Shown here: positions 1-9,518 of the stretch, piece by piece
Layout of the letters: each line of letters opens with the position of its first letter
Numbering within the stretch: the first letter of the stretch is position 1
Source of the DNA: a virus
IMG/VR virus record: IMGVR_UViG_3300011116_000796
Coordinates: 32,001-96,000 of that record
Direction: 5' to 3' (one strand)
Length of the DNA stretch: 64,000 bases
Notes under the pieces: model-generated
What the model was told of the DNA's origin: nothing
What the model saw: only the letters and a program-made list of their open reading frames with translations
Databases searched by the model: none
Program-made: the position numbers and the translations under genes

Positions 1-2
1 CT

Positions 3-146
3 AGAGTCACCTCTAGATTAAGCACTCGTACAGACTTGTCTAGGAAGGCTAAGAAGCCAAGCGTAGTACAACCAACGCAGATACCGTTCAGCAAGAAAGA
101 GAAGGCAGTCAGGGGCATCCATGGCTTTCAGATAGGGGAGAAGTAA
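3..146 (+). CDS. 3' end of an upstream hypothetical protein (truncated by window edge)
   Basis: Open frame from nt 3 (RVTSRLSTRTDLSRKAKKP...GFQIGEK) ending in TAA 144-146, which overlaps the ATG at 146 (TAATG coupling). Confidence 0.55.
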   Translation, partial: RVTSRLSTRTDLSRKAKKPSVVQPTQIPFSKKEKAVRGIHGFQIGEK

Positions 147-3100
147 TGGCTATTAGTGGAGAGGGAACATTTGGGTTTAATATATCGACATCAATTCCAC
201 AAGTACAAACTGATGGTGATGATCGATACACAAGACCTTTCAAGAAGAATGAGGGGATAATCATAAGATTACCTCTAAATTCAGATATTATGGCGGATTC
301 GGAGGGAATTTATAAGGGAATCCCTTTTACTTTGTCTGCAAATGAAAGAGAAATTAAAGCAAATCTTCTTCCTTATGGAGGAAGTCCTGGTGCTATAGAG
401 CAATGGCCTCTTCCTACAGATTTAGCCTATGCAAAACATGATCCTGATATTTGTATCACAACTGATGGATTAATTTATGATTGTCAGAGTATTGTATTTG
501 CTAATGAAAATGATGGGAAAATCTATCTCAATAGATTTGTAGATGTGAATGTAGAATACATTGATACTTTTGTTGGGTCTAAACTTTCGCACATCCCTCA
601 AAATTTAAATGCGGTGAATATATCTCTTGAACAAAGGTATTCCTCCGGATATGGGGTCACTCCATATCTTTGGGGATCGGTAATTGAAGGAGTTAGAAGT
701 GGAGCAAGAAGATTCATAATTGGACCCACTAGTTTGTACACATCAAATCCTTCTTTCGGGAACTATTGCGACACCAACATCGATTCAATGAGCACTTATG
801 GTGACATGGCATGTTCGGGAACTGGACCTTATAATCCTGGTACGTTGAAATACATAATGCCCTTCTACAGAAAAGATGGGCTTGAGATCAGAAATAATCT
901 ATTCAATTATCAAGTAGATTCGAAAGTAGATTTATCAAATCCTATTAACAATGAGTTTTTAAAATCTACTCCATTCGCACATCAAAATCTAGATTATAGC
1001 GGATTTAGATTGAAGAACAGAAAAAGTCTCCCTGTTCCATATTCAGAATACGACCAATCTACTGTGGATTTAGGAGCATCATCAGGTGTAGGAGTTTTAC
1101 CTGAAGATGATGTGTTTTTTGGAGCAAATAAAATATTTCCCTGGGTTTCAGTTGCAACATCTAGATCAAAAGGATATGCAATAACAAAACGCCATGTCTT
1201 GGGTACTCTAAATCCATTTCACTCTTATGCATATTATAAGGGAGAACCTTCAGCCATCAATCCTATTGGATATGCAAATTCAATTACAGGTCAATCACCA
1301 TTCACAGATACAAATTTTCCAAAGAAGATTCACTTTTGGGATAAAATCAACAGAACTATCATCGAAAGAGAAATTGTTGCGAGTAAACCGATTGATGTAA
1401 AAACCATACATGAAACAATTAGGGAAATGCTAAAAGGCAATCTACTTGAATTAGATTCTTACTTCTCATGTAGCACCTCTAATCCTTTGGGGCAAACCCC
1501 AATCACACAAGATCCCTGTGAAGATTGTGAAGGATGTTTTGTACAAACCAAAGGGTTTGACTGGTATGATTTTATTCATTTGAATGATGTTCTGATCAAC
1601 GATGTTCAAAATCCAGTAGGAAAATGTAAAAAGAAAGTGCAGTCTACATCTAAAGGAAGTAGAAAGTCTTATCCCATAGGATTTAAAAATCAAGAAGTGA
1701 AGAAATCGAACAAATTGATTTCATCAGACATACCGCCATTAGACGAAGATTCTTCTCTACCAAATAACACATTAGAAGGTGCTTTGAATGGAGTTCCCTC
1801 TGCTGCGATTAATGCTATTTCAGAGTTTTTCCCGCACGGTCTCAACAATATTTTCTATGGGTATTTCAATACAAATGATGACACAAAAAATTCATGCACA
1901 TGGCAATATATCGTTAGTCACTTCAAAGCAATTCTTGATGCTAAGTGTGTAATACATTTATTGGATCAGGATCTTCCTGATGGGGTAGTTCCGATTGCAT
2001 TTCTCGACACAAGAAGATCAGAAACTCACAAGTTTTCAATGTTTTTAGACAATTCTGATCGTGGATTTATTTTAAACAGGTGCAATCCTAAACCTAGTGT
2101 GTTTGCACACAATGTATCGCAATATGGTCCATATGCGGTAGAGGCTTCAATTAGCACTTACCAAAATCCGCTGAAGTCCTCTATGATAACTTTCAATATG
2201 ACAAGAATTGGAAATTGTGATAATGTGTATCCGGATGGATTTTTAGATTCTTGTGATGAGCCAAATGGATCAACTTCGGGACCAAAATGCAGATGGAGAG
2301 TATATGGTATAAATTGCGGTGCTGCTCCACTCAAGCCAGGAATCAGAAGTGGTTTAGATACTAACAATAATTACGAACCGCATGGTATATTCGATGCGGA
2401 GACCACAAAAAGAAATCCTTGTTTTGTTTGCGATGGAGAAACAGTTAATAACACAACAAGTAAAATTCCTGATGGTTCTCTACGGGACGATATCTTACTA
2501 GATTTTTCACTCGGAAATGATTACAATCTTTCAAAGGGATTAGGACAATCTTTCAGACCAAAAGGATCGTCAGATATTCCTGCTCCGCTATTCACATACA
2601 ATGAAAGTGGTATTCCAATAATGTCTGACATGATAATGAACTCCAAATTTACTTCGGCATTAAAGACGAGCAATGGAACTTGTGCATTAACTTGCCTAGT
2701 GACAGGACACAATGAGGATTTTGAATGGAGTAGAGGGACAGAAGTGTGGCAAAATTTTGATGGTACAATTGGGGGTGGAGATTCTTGGGCAATTCCTCAA
2801 CCTAAATGGAAAGTCTATAAGCACTCAAAAGATAATGGTGTGCTTACTCTGTATGCGCCTAGAGAAACTCCGGGAAATTTAATACTACCAACTGAAGTTC
2901 TTGTTGGGGGAAATTCTTGTAACAATACGATATTTGGATTTTATGGTGGTACAGGATATATTAAGACTGTACTTGAAAGTTTAGCCAATCCATGCTCAAA
3001 CCCAACAACTTACGGTGTTAGACATCAGATTGGTGGTAAAAAAGGATATATCTATGATTCTTCGGGAAAATATCTTGAGGTTATTCGTGGTGGATCAAGA

Positions 3101-3619
3101 TTCTTTACGGGAATTTCTTACTTATTACAGAGAAATGTTTCACGGGTTATCGAAGAAACCTCCGAACTTCCTTTTGCAAGAAATTTAGATTGCAGTTCCA
3201 CAAAGGCAATTTCAAGTTTGTTCACACATGAATTGAGTGAGGGGTTTGATCAAAATTTAGGAGAACATTGGGAACAGAGTTATAAGTATCACAATATTGG
3301 GTCTTTCCTATCTGATCAGAAAATTTACTATAGGGCAAATCCATCTGATCAAATCAATAAATATTACTATTTTGGAACTCCCTCCGATATATTCTATCGT
3401 ATATTGGATAAATTTGGTTTGGAAAATGGAGTCACTCAAACATATAGATGTAACAAACAAGTGATCAAGAACTCTCCAAATTTTGGAGAATTCCAAAACC
3501 CAAATCCCAAGTATACTAGTACAGAATCCCCCGTCCCACCCGCAACATCAAGCGGATTGAAATTTAAAGCAAAAAGTGGACCAGGACCGCATATTGATGA
3601 AAAAGAATTCCTAAAGTGA
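146..3619 (+). CDS. Large hypothetical protein, Cys-containing, possibly virion-associated with a degenerate trypsin-like fold
   Basis: 1157-aa ORF with upstream GGGGAG SD-like sequence. Motifs AITKRHVLG and LLDQDLPDGVVPI; CxxCxxC (CEDCEGC) and CFVC. Confidence 0.6.
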   Translation: MAISGEGTFGFNISTSIPQVQTDGDDRYTRPFKKNEGIIIRLPLNSDIMADSEGIYKGIPFTLSANEREIKANLLPYGGSPGAIEQWPLPTDLAYAKHDPDICITTDGLIYDCQSIVFANENDGKIYLNRFVDVNVEYIDTFVGSKLSHIPQNLNAVNISLEQRYSSGYGVTPYLWGSVIEGVRSGARRFIIGPTSLYTSNPSFGNYCDTNIDSMSTYGDMACSGTGPYNPGTLKYIMPFYRKDGLEIRNNLFNYQVDSKVDLSNPINNEFLKSTPFAHQNLDYSGFRLKNRKSLPVPYSEYDQSTVDLGASSGVGVLPEDDVFFGANKIFPWVSVATSRSKGYAITKRHVLGTLNPFHSYAYYKGEPSAINPIGYANSITGQSPFTDTNFPKKIHFWDKINRTIIEREIVASKPIDVKTIHETIREMLKGNLLELDSYFSCSTSNPLGQTPITQDPCEDCEGCFVQTKGFDWYDFIHLNDVLINDVQNPVGKCKKKVQSTSKGSRKSYPIGFKNQEVKKSNKLISSDIPPLDEDSSLPNNTLEGALNGVPSAAINAISEFFPHGLNNIFYGYFNTNDDTKNSCTWQYIVSHFKAILDAKCVIHLLDQDLPDGVVPIAFLDTRRSETHKFSMFLDNSDRGFILNRCNPKPSVFAHNVSQYGPYAVEASISTYQNPLKSSMITFNMTRIGNCDNVYPDGFLDSCDEPNGSTSGPKCRWRVYGINCGAAPLKPGIRSGLDTNNNYEPHGIFDAETTKRNPCFVCDGETVNNTTSKIPDGSLRDDILLDFSLGNDYNLSKGLGQSFRPKGSSDIPAPLFTYNESGIPIMSDMIMNSKFTSALKTSNGTCALTCLVTGHNEDFEWSRGTEVWQNFDGTIGGGDSWAIPQPKWKVYKHSKDNGVLTLYAPRETPGNLILPTEVLVGGNSCNNTIFGFYGGTGYIKTVLESLANPCSNPTTYGVRHQIGGKKGYIYDSSGKYLEVIRGGSRFFTGISYLLQRNVSRVIEETSELPFARNLDCSSTKAISSLFTHELSEGFDQNLGEHWEQSYKYHNIGSFLSDQKIYYRANPSDQINKYYYFGTPSDIFYRILDKFGLENGVTQTYRCNKQVIKNSPNFGEFQNPNPKYTSTESPVPPATSSGLKFKAKSGPGPHIDEKEFLK

Positions 3620-3621
3620 TA

Positions 3622-3628
3622 CTAAATA
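3622..3628 (+). promoter_or_regulatory. T4-type late promoter (CTAAATA)
   Basis: CTAAATA variant of the gp55 late -10 box, followed by SD AAGGAG (3635-3640) and ATG 3650. Confidence 0.7.
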
Positions 3629-3649
3629 GACTCAAAGGAGCGTATTGCT

Positions 3650-3958
3650 ATGAGTAATATCAAACTGATCAGAATGGTTTCGGGTGAAGAAGTGATTGCA
3701 AAGATTCTTGATGAAACCCAAGATGGTGGTCTCATCCTAAAGAATCCCTGTATTCTGCTTCCTGCTGGACAAGGAAGACTTGCACTGGTGCCTTGGATGC
3801 CATACACTGAAACTGAAAATATGGAAATTCCATCAAAGGTAGTCGCATTTCAGGTAACTCCGAAATCAGAACTAATCAACGAATATAATACGATGAATAG
3901 CGGACTGATTGTTCCTGATAATAGTGTTGCATCACCAAAACTAACTTTGGTCGAATAA
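3650..3958 (+). CDS. Conserved T4-like phage hypothetical protein (Sm-like fold)
   Basis: IKLIRMVSGEEVIA...LKNP...LVPWMPY...YN...SGLIVP pattern typical of small conserved proteins of aquatic T4-like phages. Confidence 0.75.
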   Translation: MSNIKLIRMVSGEEVIAKILDETQDGGLILKNPCILLPAGQGRLALVPWMPYTETENMEIPSKVVAFQVTPKSELINEYNTMNSGLIVPDNSVASPKLTLVE

Positions 3959-4002
3959 TCTGACCTTCTAATACGGCCAGATTTCGCAGAATCTAGCCTT
4001 CT

Positions 4003-4038
4003 GAAAAGGACACCTGTCGGAGGGTGTCCTTTTCTATT
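4003..4038. terminator. Bidirectional rho-independent terminator
   Basis: GAAAAGGACACC-TGTCGGAG-GGTGTCCTTTTC perfect 12-bp inverted repeat between convergent genes, with T-tracts on both strands. Confidence 0.85.
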
Positions 4039-5745
4039 TCACAATATCTTACTATAGTTGCCTTTTTTGGTCATCTGTACATGTCGTTCGAACTTATCCT
4101 GAAGAACTTCTTTCGACTTGTGACTGATGACAAATACATTCACCCCTTGCCCACGCATACCATTCACGATTTCCAAGAACGCTTCTGTTGATGTATCGTC
4201 CAATGATCCATCTAGAACTTCATCTAGAATGAGTAGATTGGTCGAGAGTGAGTTCTTGATCTCTGCCATGGCTCTCCAAGCAAACAGCAGAGCCAAGTCG
4301 ATCTTTCTCTTCTCTCCTTCGCTGAAAGATGCATAGGTGAATACATCACGATGTCGAGATTTAATAGTTTCGTTGAACTCATCATCAAGATGGAAGTTGA
4401 CGAAGAAGTTCATCATGCTCAAATACTTATTGATGGTTCGATTGATGACGGGAATGTAGTGCTTGATGATCTTCTTTTTGATGCCACCATCTTTCAGTAG
4501 AACAGAGGCAAGGTTCAGGTAGTGGTTGTCTTCTACAAGTTCCTTCTTTGAGTCCAATACTTCTGATTCTTCGGTTTCAAGACGAGAAAGTTCAGTCTCT
4601 TCTTGAGTCAACTTCGTGACATCTCCCCCACGCCCACGAACCTTTCCGATGTACTCATTTAGAGAGTCGATATCTGAAGTCTTCTTGTGAATCAAAGACT
4701 GTAGTGAGGATATCTCAAGCAAAACATCTGTGATTGTGTTTAGTCTGTCATCTACCTCTTTGTACTTGACCATCAGTTCGGACAGGCCACCACTCAAATC
4801 GTCAGACTTCTTTCGCTTCGAATCAATAGTTGACTTCTTGAACTCTTCATTGATGGGCTGTGTGCATGTTGGGCACTTGTTATTGCTTTCATAGAACTGT
4901 ACCTCTCTCTTGAGAGAAGTAATCTTCTTCTCAATGGTATTTCTCAAAGCCACACACTCTTCACGCTTCTTACTGATTGAGTCCTTATCTGATATACTTT
5001 CAAACATGGCTTCGATATTTCTAGCCACCATTTCGATTTCTTTTCGATGCTTTTCAATCTCTTCGTTAGTGCGATTCACCTCTTGGGTTTCCCACTCTTT
5101 ATCCGATAAGGTTCGTTTACGCTCGTCCTCAAGGATCTTGCGTTGATTCTTGACTCTCTCCTTTGCAATAGCCAACTGAGTATCAATCTGAGCCGCCTCC
5201 TCCTTGATCTGGCTGGCTCTTTCCTTGAGGAGGGTGTTCATCACGGAGAAGACTCCGATGTCTAGGATCGACTCTACGACCGATCTACGCTCTGCTGCTG
5301 GCAGGCGCATGAAGGGAATGTAGTTTGCCGAACCCAAAATGACCACCTGACAGAAAGATTTGTAGGACATACGGAGGATTTGTTCTTCAAGGATCCGCTG
5401 CCCATCCCTTGCCTTTGCTTCTTGGTCAAGTAGTTTGCCATCACGCCAAATCTCAAACACTTTAGGCGATTGACCCCGAATGATCTTGTATTCATTCTTT
5501 TCATCGGAGAATTCCAATTCTACAACGCAGTCTTTTTCATTGACTGAGTTTGTCAATTGCGGTAGGTTGATGTTTCTATATGGCTTGTTGAACAATGCAA
5601 ATGTGAGTGCATCAAGTAAAGTACTCTTACCTGATCCATTCTCACCACTAATCAGCGTTGTTGATGTGTCTGTTAGTGACAGTTCCGTGAAGTTGTTTCC
5701 TGTACTCAGAAAGTTCTTCCATCGGATAGTCTTGAAAGTAATCAT
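4039..5745 (-). CDS. 46: Recombination endonuclease ATPase subunit (Rad50/SbcC-like)
   Basis: WKNFLSTGN, Walker A GENGSGKST, zinc hook CPTC, signature FSEGEK, Walker B LILDEVLDGSLD; adjacent to gp47. Confidence 0.97.
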   Translation of the reverse strand: MITFKTIRWKNFLSTGNNFTELSLTDTSTTLISGENGSGKSTLLDALTFALFNKPYRNINLPQLTNSVNEKDCVVELEFSDEKNEYKIIRGQSPKVFEIWRDGKLLDQEAKARDGQRILEEQILRMSYKSFCQVVILGSANYIPFMRLPAAERRSVVESILDIGVFSVMNTLLKERASQIKEEAAQIDTQLAIAKERVKNQRKILEDERKRTLSDKEWETQEVNRTNEEIEKHRKEIEMVARNIEAMFESISDKDSISKKREECVALRNTIEKKITSLKREVQFYESNNKCPTCTQPINEEFKKSTIDSKRKKSDDLSGGLSELMVKYKEVDDRLNTITDVLLEISSLQSLIHKKTSDIDSLNEYIGKVRGRGGDVTKLTQEETELSRLETEESEVLDSKKELVEDNHYLNLASVLLKDGGIKKKIIKHYIPVINRTINKYLSMMNFFVNFHLDDEFNETIKSRHRDVFTYASFSEGEKRKIDLALLFAWRAMAEIKNSLSTNLLILDEVLDGSLDDTSTEAFLEIVNGMRGQGVNVFVISHKSKEVLQDKFERHVQMTKKGNYSKIL

Positions 5746-6812
5746 ACAGACTGCGCCTCCATGTACAGTTCACGAATGATGTTCTTAAGTCTAGTTGGGT
5801 CTTCTATTCCCTCTGTTCTATCAATTTCCTCACAGATCAAACTCAATGTGTCTTTCGATAGATCGACTTTCTCTTCAACTTTGTTTACCTTATTTGCTTG
5901 AGTTTGATCAACGATTGAAACTGAGTGTGAGCCTTCCTCATTCAGTTTGTCAATAACCCGATCAAGCATGAATGGGTTCGTCTTCTTTTCAACCAGCAAC
6001 CGAACAAAGGTCTTCTTGAAATAGTTCCAATCGATTGATCCATCGAAGAAGTCTTGATGCTCTTCATCGTTGTAAGAAAACTGCGTGAAGAGTCTCATTG
6101 GGTTCTGAATGTATTCTACCTCACCTGTGTCGGTATCGATCACATGAAATCCTTTAGGTTCATGTAAGTCTCCAAATGTGATCTGATACTGTGTACCAAG
6201 ATAGTGGACATTTCCTTTACTGTGCTTGCAATGAAAGTGACCGCTGTAGACTGCTTCGTATCCTGATAGTAGACCAGGATCCATACCGTCATGATGCTCA
6301 ACTCCACGAAGAACTTCATACCCAGAGAGTTCAAAATGTCCCATGAGAATCGAAGCCTCTTTCTTCGCTATGAAGTCTAGGCATTCTTTCTCATTTGCTT
6401 TGGTGATCCAAGGAACCATTCCAATTCGAAGCCCTTTGATTTCAACCACTCTTGGTTCAAAATAGAAGTTCCAGTTGTGACAAAGCCCCGAATGATAGAA
6501 CAACTCTTGAATAGAATTGACTTCATTGGTGTTCTTGTAGAATACATCATGATTACCAGGAATGATGTCGAGGGTAATTCCTAGTTCAAGTAAGGGAGTG
6601 ATAAATCTTTTCTGTACCACACTAAGGGTGTTGAAGTTAACATACTTACGACGATCCATAAGATCACCCAAGTGTATGACATTCCGTATGTCATGCATAC
6701 GCATGTACGGGAAGAACACCTTCTCAAAGAACTGCATGAAGTGTTCTAGAAAAATCGGATTGTCATTACGGGCACCGAAGTGCGTATCATTGATGATTGC
6801 TATTTTGCCCAT
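5742..6812 (-). CDS. 47: Recombination endonuclease nuclease subunit (Mre11/SbcD-like)
   Basis: Metallophosphoesterase motifs DTHFG, HLGDLMDRRK, PGNHD, GHFE, SGHFH. Confidence 0.97.
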   Translation of the reverse strand: MGKIAIINDTHFGARNDNPIFLEHFMQFFEKVFFPYMRMHDIRNVIHLGDLMDRRKYVNFNTLSVVQKRFITPLLELGITLDIIPGNHDVFYKNTNEVNSIQELFYHSGLCHNWNFYFEPRVVEIKGLRIGMVPWITKANEKECLDFIAKKEASILMGHFELSGYEVLRGVEHHDGMDPGLLSGYEAVYSGHFHCKHSKGNVHYLGTQYQITFGDLHEPKGFHVIDTDTGEVEYIQNPMRLFTQFSYNDEEHQDFFDGSIDWNYFKKTFVRLLVEKKTNPFMLDRVIDKLNEEGSHSVSIVDQTQANKVNKVEEKVDLSKDTLSLICEEIDRTEGIEDPTRLKNIIRELYMEAQSV

Positions 6813-6813
6813 T

Positions 6814-7401
6814 TCACTCCATCAAGTCTTCTAGATTTTGTTTGGTAGACTTGCGCTTTCTGCGCTTTTTCTTGATAATCTTACTCTCGGATGTACCTTC
6901 GAAATTCTTCACATCGTTATCACTCAACGAGAAGTAATCTGCATATGGATTTTCACTTCTCGGCTCTGAATCGGAGAACTTGCTGTCCTCAACCATACGA
7001 TTTCTGAACTTACCAGTTTTGTCGGAGTTTTCAAAGCACTTCATCTTCACAAAGAGTTGCTTCTTCTCTTTAGTAATTCGTCTGAGAAATGCGTAGTAGA
7101 TAATCTGTGTGAAGAATGCGAAAGGATTTCTAGACTTCTTCTCATCAAAATTGGCGGTATACATGATGCAGTTCTCTATACCGTCAGAGATCATTTCTTC
7201 CTTGAAGATGTAGTTGGCAAAGTTGGGCTTCTTTGCTAGATTATTGGCAATGTCGAGAAAGCATTGACCAATGTAGTTAGAAACACCTGGTGGTTTCTCG
7301 CCTACCTTTTTGGCTTTCTGATGGGCTTTCTTGTACTCAATAAGTTCCTCAAGGAACCTTTGGTTATCGATATAGTGGTTTTCTTTTTTGCGTTTAGCCA
7401 T
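6814..7401 (-). CDS. 55: Late-transcription sigma factor
   Basis: HYIDN..F, YIGQCFLDIANNLAKKPNFANY, EMISDGIENC, NPFAFFTQIIYYAFLRRI; gp55-47-46 synteny. Confidence 0.97.
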   Translation of the reverse strand: MAKRKKENHYIDNQRFLEELIEYKKAHQKAKKVGEKPPGVSNYIGQCFLDIANNLAKKPNFANYIFKEEMISDGIENCIMYTANFDEKKSRNPFAFFTQIIYYAFLRRITKEKKQLFVKMKCFENSDKTGKFRNRMVEDSKFSDSEPRSENPYADYFSLSDNDVKNFEGTSESKIIKKKRRKRKSTKQNLEDLME

Positions 7402-7416
7402 AATGTTATTGGTGGT

Positions 7417-7444
7417 AGTTTAACCCCAAAATCCACTTTGTAAA
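7417..7444 (-). promoter_or_regulatory. Sigma70-like promoter upstream of gp55
   Basis: TTTACA-N16-TAAACT on the minus strand, 15 nt before the gp55 ATG. Confidence 0.5.
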
Positions 7445-7543
7445 GGGTGTAGTTTCAATGTTGAGAAAAATCTTTGGTAATTCATTGACTAGAACATAAA
7501 CTACCGTTTACCACTACTACATATCCTTGGGTAACAAGGAACC

Positions 7544-7618
7544 AGAGTACTTAAGTTACTAGAGTACTATATTACCCTATTGAGTAAGATATAGAGTACT
7601 AGAGTACTTATAGTACTA
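7544..7618. repeat. Cluster of AGAGTACT/AGTACT repeats
   Basis: AGAGTACT at 7544, 7561, 7593 and 7601, and AGTACT at 7612, in a largely intergenic stretch. Confidence 0.8.
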
Positions 7619-7984
7619 GGCGAGTTCTTCGCCATCATCTTCCTCATCATCAAAGAAATCATCTTTCGCATCCTCAAGGTCTTCGTTGGCGTTGAAAAGG
7701 TCAAACTTGATCTTGGCATCATTGTAGTCCTTGAGAATATCGTTGTACGGATTGGAAACACAGACCACCACACTTTCGGGAACGATAAACATCTCGTCCT
7801 TTGAAAATTCGATCCAAGGTCTGAGAAACATCATAGGTTCACCTGGTTTGCCAGTTTTCGACATGGGTGCAACAAATGAGATCGACATAGGTCTTTCAAA
7901 TTGATACACAGAACCTGTCTTTGCGATTCCGCAAATGATAGTTTCATTGCTTGCAAGACGGACTACCCTGATGGGATACATCAT
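7616..7984 (-). CDS. Conserved T4-like hypothetical protein (Sm-like fold, acidic tail)
   Basis: IRVVRLASNETIICGI...ERPM...LRPWIEFS pattern; usual position between uvsW and gp55 in aquatic T4-likes. Confidence 0.75.
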   Translation of the reverse strand: MMYPIRVVRLASNETIICGIAKTGSVYQFERPMSISFVAPMSKTGKPGEPMMFLRPWIEFSKDEMFIVPESVVVCVSNPYNDILKDYNDAKIKFDLFNANEDLEDAKDDFFDDEEDDGEELA

Positions 7985-9504
7985 GTCTTTACCTTCCCGT
8001 AAACAGGTAACTTGACAATCTTGTATGGGAATCCTTCTTCGTCATACAACTTCATTCGTGATAGAAAGTGCTTGAATGTGTAGTTGACTTCATCTTCCCA
8101 ATGCAGATCATCTGCTATGTCATACAACTTTGCGATGTCTTTATTTTCCGACTTTCGAAGTTGTCTGCCAATGCTTTGTAGAATACGGATTCTGCTTTTC
8201 GAAGGGCTAGCAAAGATTAGGTTCTTCAGAGACTTGATGTTAATGCCTGTAGAGAATGTTCCATATGAAGCGACGATGATTGCATTATCTTCCTTCTCCA
8301 CAATGTGCCGAATTTCTTCACGGTCATCCACATCCGTTTCCCCTGCTACAAAGAACACTTTACGGTTCTCTATCTCAGTTGGTGCCATCTTGCGAATCAT
8401 CTCATACAAGGGTTTACCGTGCTTCTCAACATACTGAAACAGAACAAGAGTGTTTCCTTTAACTGATGTTGCTAGTTGAGAGATCATGAAATTGCGTTTC
8501 TCGCAGTTGACGATCCAATCGATTTCGTGCTGATAGTCAAGACCTCGTAAGGCTTCACGAATCTCCTGTGGATACTTGAACAATATGCATTCGATCTTTA
8601 GTGCTGTCAGCAATTCTCTTTCCATGAGTTGCTTCGTGGATACGACTTTGTTGACAGGTCCAAACAGACCTTCAATGCACAACTTGTGGATCTTTGTACC
8701 ATCAAGTGTTCCTGTGAGAGCAATTCGATATGGGCAATCCACTAACTTATTCATGATAGTTGTCAGAGACTGTGACTTGAACAAATGTGCTTCGTCGCCT
8801 ATCACTACTTCGAAATTATCAAACCAAGCCCGTGGCATTTTATGGATCGACTGCCATGTGGAAATCACTATCTGACGATCTGTGAGTTTAGTTGTGCCAC
8901 CATGAATTTTGTGGCAGTTTTTGTGAGTTACCCACCCTGAGTTCTTTGAGTAGTCATCAAAGTCCGCATACATCTGTGCAACAAGCGAGATAGTCGGAAC
9001 AACGATCAGCATCTTCCTTGAGGGATTGATTACATTTTGGTAGTACCGACATAGACTGTAAATGATCAGACTCTTTCCACTTGCAGTTGGTGATAGTAGA
9101 ACACAACGAGACTTATTGATAGCGTGGCAAAATGCGTCTACTTGGTGATCATGCGGATCAAGAGGTTGACCGCCTGCGGTAGGTTTGAGACTCTTGATGA
9201 AGTCTTTCGCCTTATCGCAGTTGATTTTGATTTCGGGACTTTCTAATAGCGAGTCCACTTCCATTGTGTATCCACGCTGCTGTGAAAACGCAGAAAGATA
9301 CTCGACCAAACCCGCAGGAAGAAGTCCCGAGTATGCATTGAAAAGACGGATTTTGCCGTCCCAGTATTTGTTTTTGAATGCGGGGGTAAACTTGGCACCC
9401 GGAACATCATAAGTGAAATAGTCTTGCAACTCATATGCGATTCCGTTGTCTGCAAGGACACGGATAAACGCAGAGTTTACATGACGAACACCTATCACAT
9501 TCAT
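7981..9504 (-). CDS. uvsW: UvsW SF2 DNA helicase
   Basis: WDGKIRLF, SPTASGKS, ISTWQS, DEAH, LTGT, SYGTFSTGINI, LQSIGRQLR. Confidence 0.97.
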   Translation of the reverse strand: MNVIGVRHVNSAFIRVLADNGIAYELQDYFTYDVPGAKFTPAFKNKYWDGKIRLFNAYSGLLPAGLVEYLSAFSQQRGYTMEVDSLLESPEIKINCDKAKDFIKSLKPTAGGQPLDPHDHQVDAFCHAINKSRCVLLSPTASGKSLIIYSLCRYYQNVINPSRKMLIVVPTISLVAQMYADFDDYSKNSGWVTHKNCHKIHGGTTKLTDRQIVISTWQSIHKMPRAWFDNFEVVIGDEAHLFKSQSLTTIMNKLVDCPYRIALTGTLDGTKIHKLCIEGLFGPVNKVVSTKQLMERELLTALKIECILFKYPQEIREALRGLDYQHEIDWIVNCEKRNFMISQLATSVKGNTLVLFQYVEKHGKPLYEMIRKMAPTEIENRKVFFVAGETDVDDREEIRHIVEKEDNAIIVASYGTFSTGINIKSLKNLIFASPSKSRIRILQSIGRQLRKSENKDIAKLYDIADDLHWEDEVNYTFKHFLSRMKLYDEEGFPYKIVKLPVYGKVKT

Positions 9505-9511
9505 TCATTCG

Positions 9512-9518
9512 TATTTAG
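9512..9518 (-). promoter_or_regulatory. Late promoter for uvsW (CTAAATA)
   Basis: Minus-strand CTAAATA overlapping the uvsY stop, 7 nt before the uvsW ATG; T4 uvsW is also late-expressed. Confidence 0.65.

Noticed and set aside
7544-7618. AGAGTACT repeats as a mini-CRISPR
   Set aside because: The 8-bp units with irregular spacing of 0-24 bp do not fit repeat-spacer geometry.
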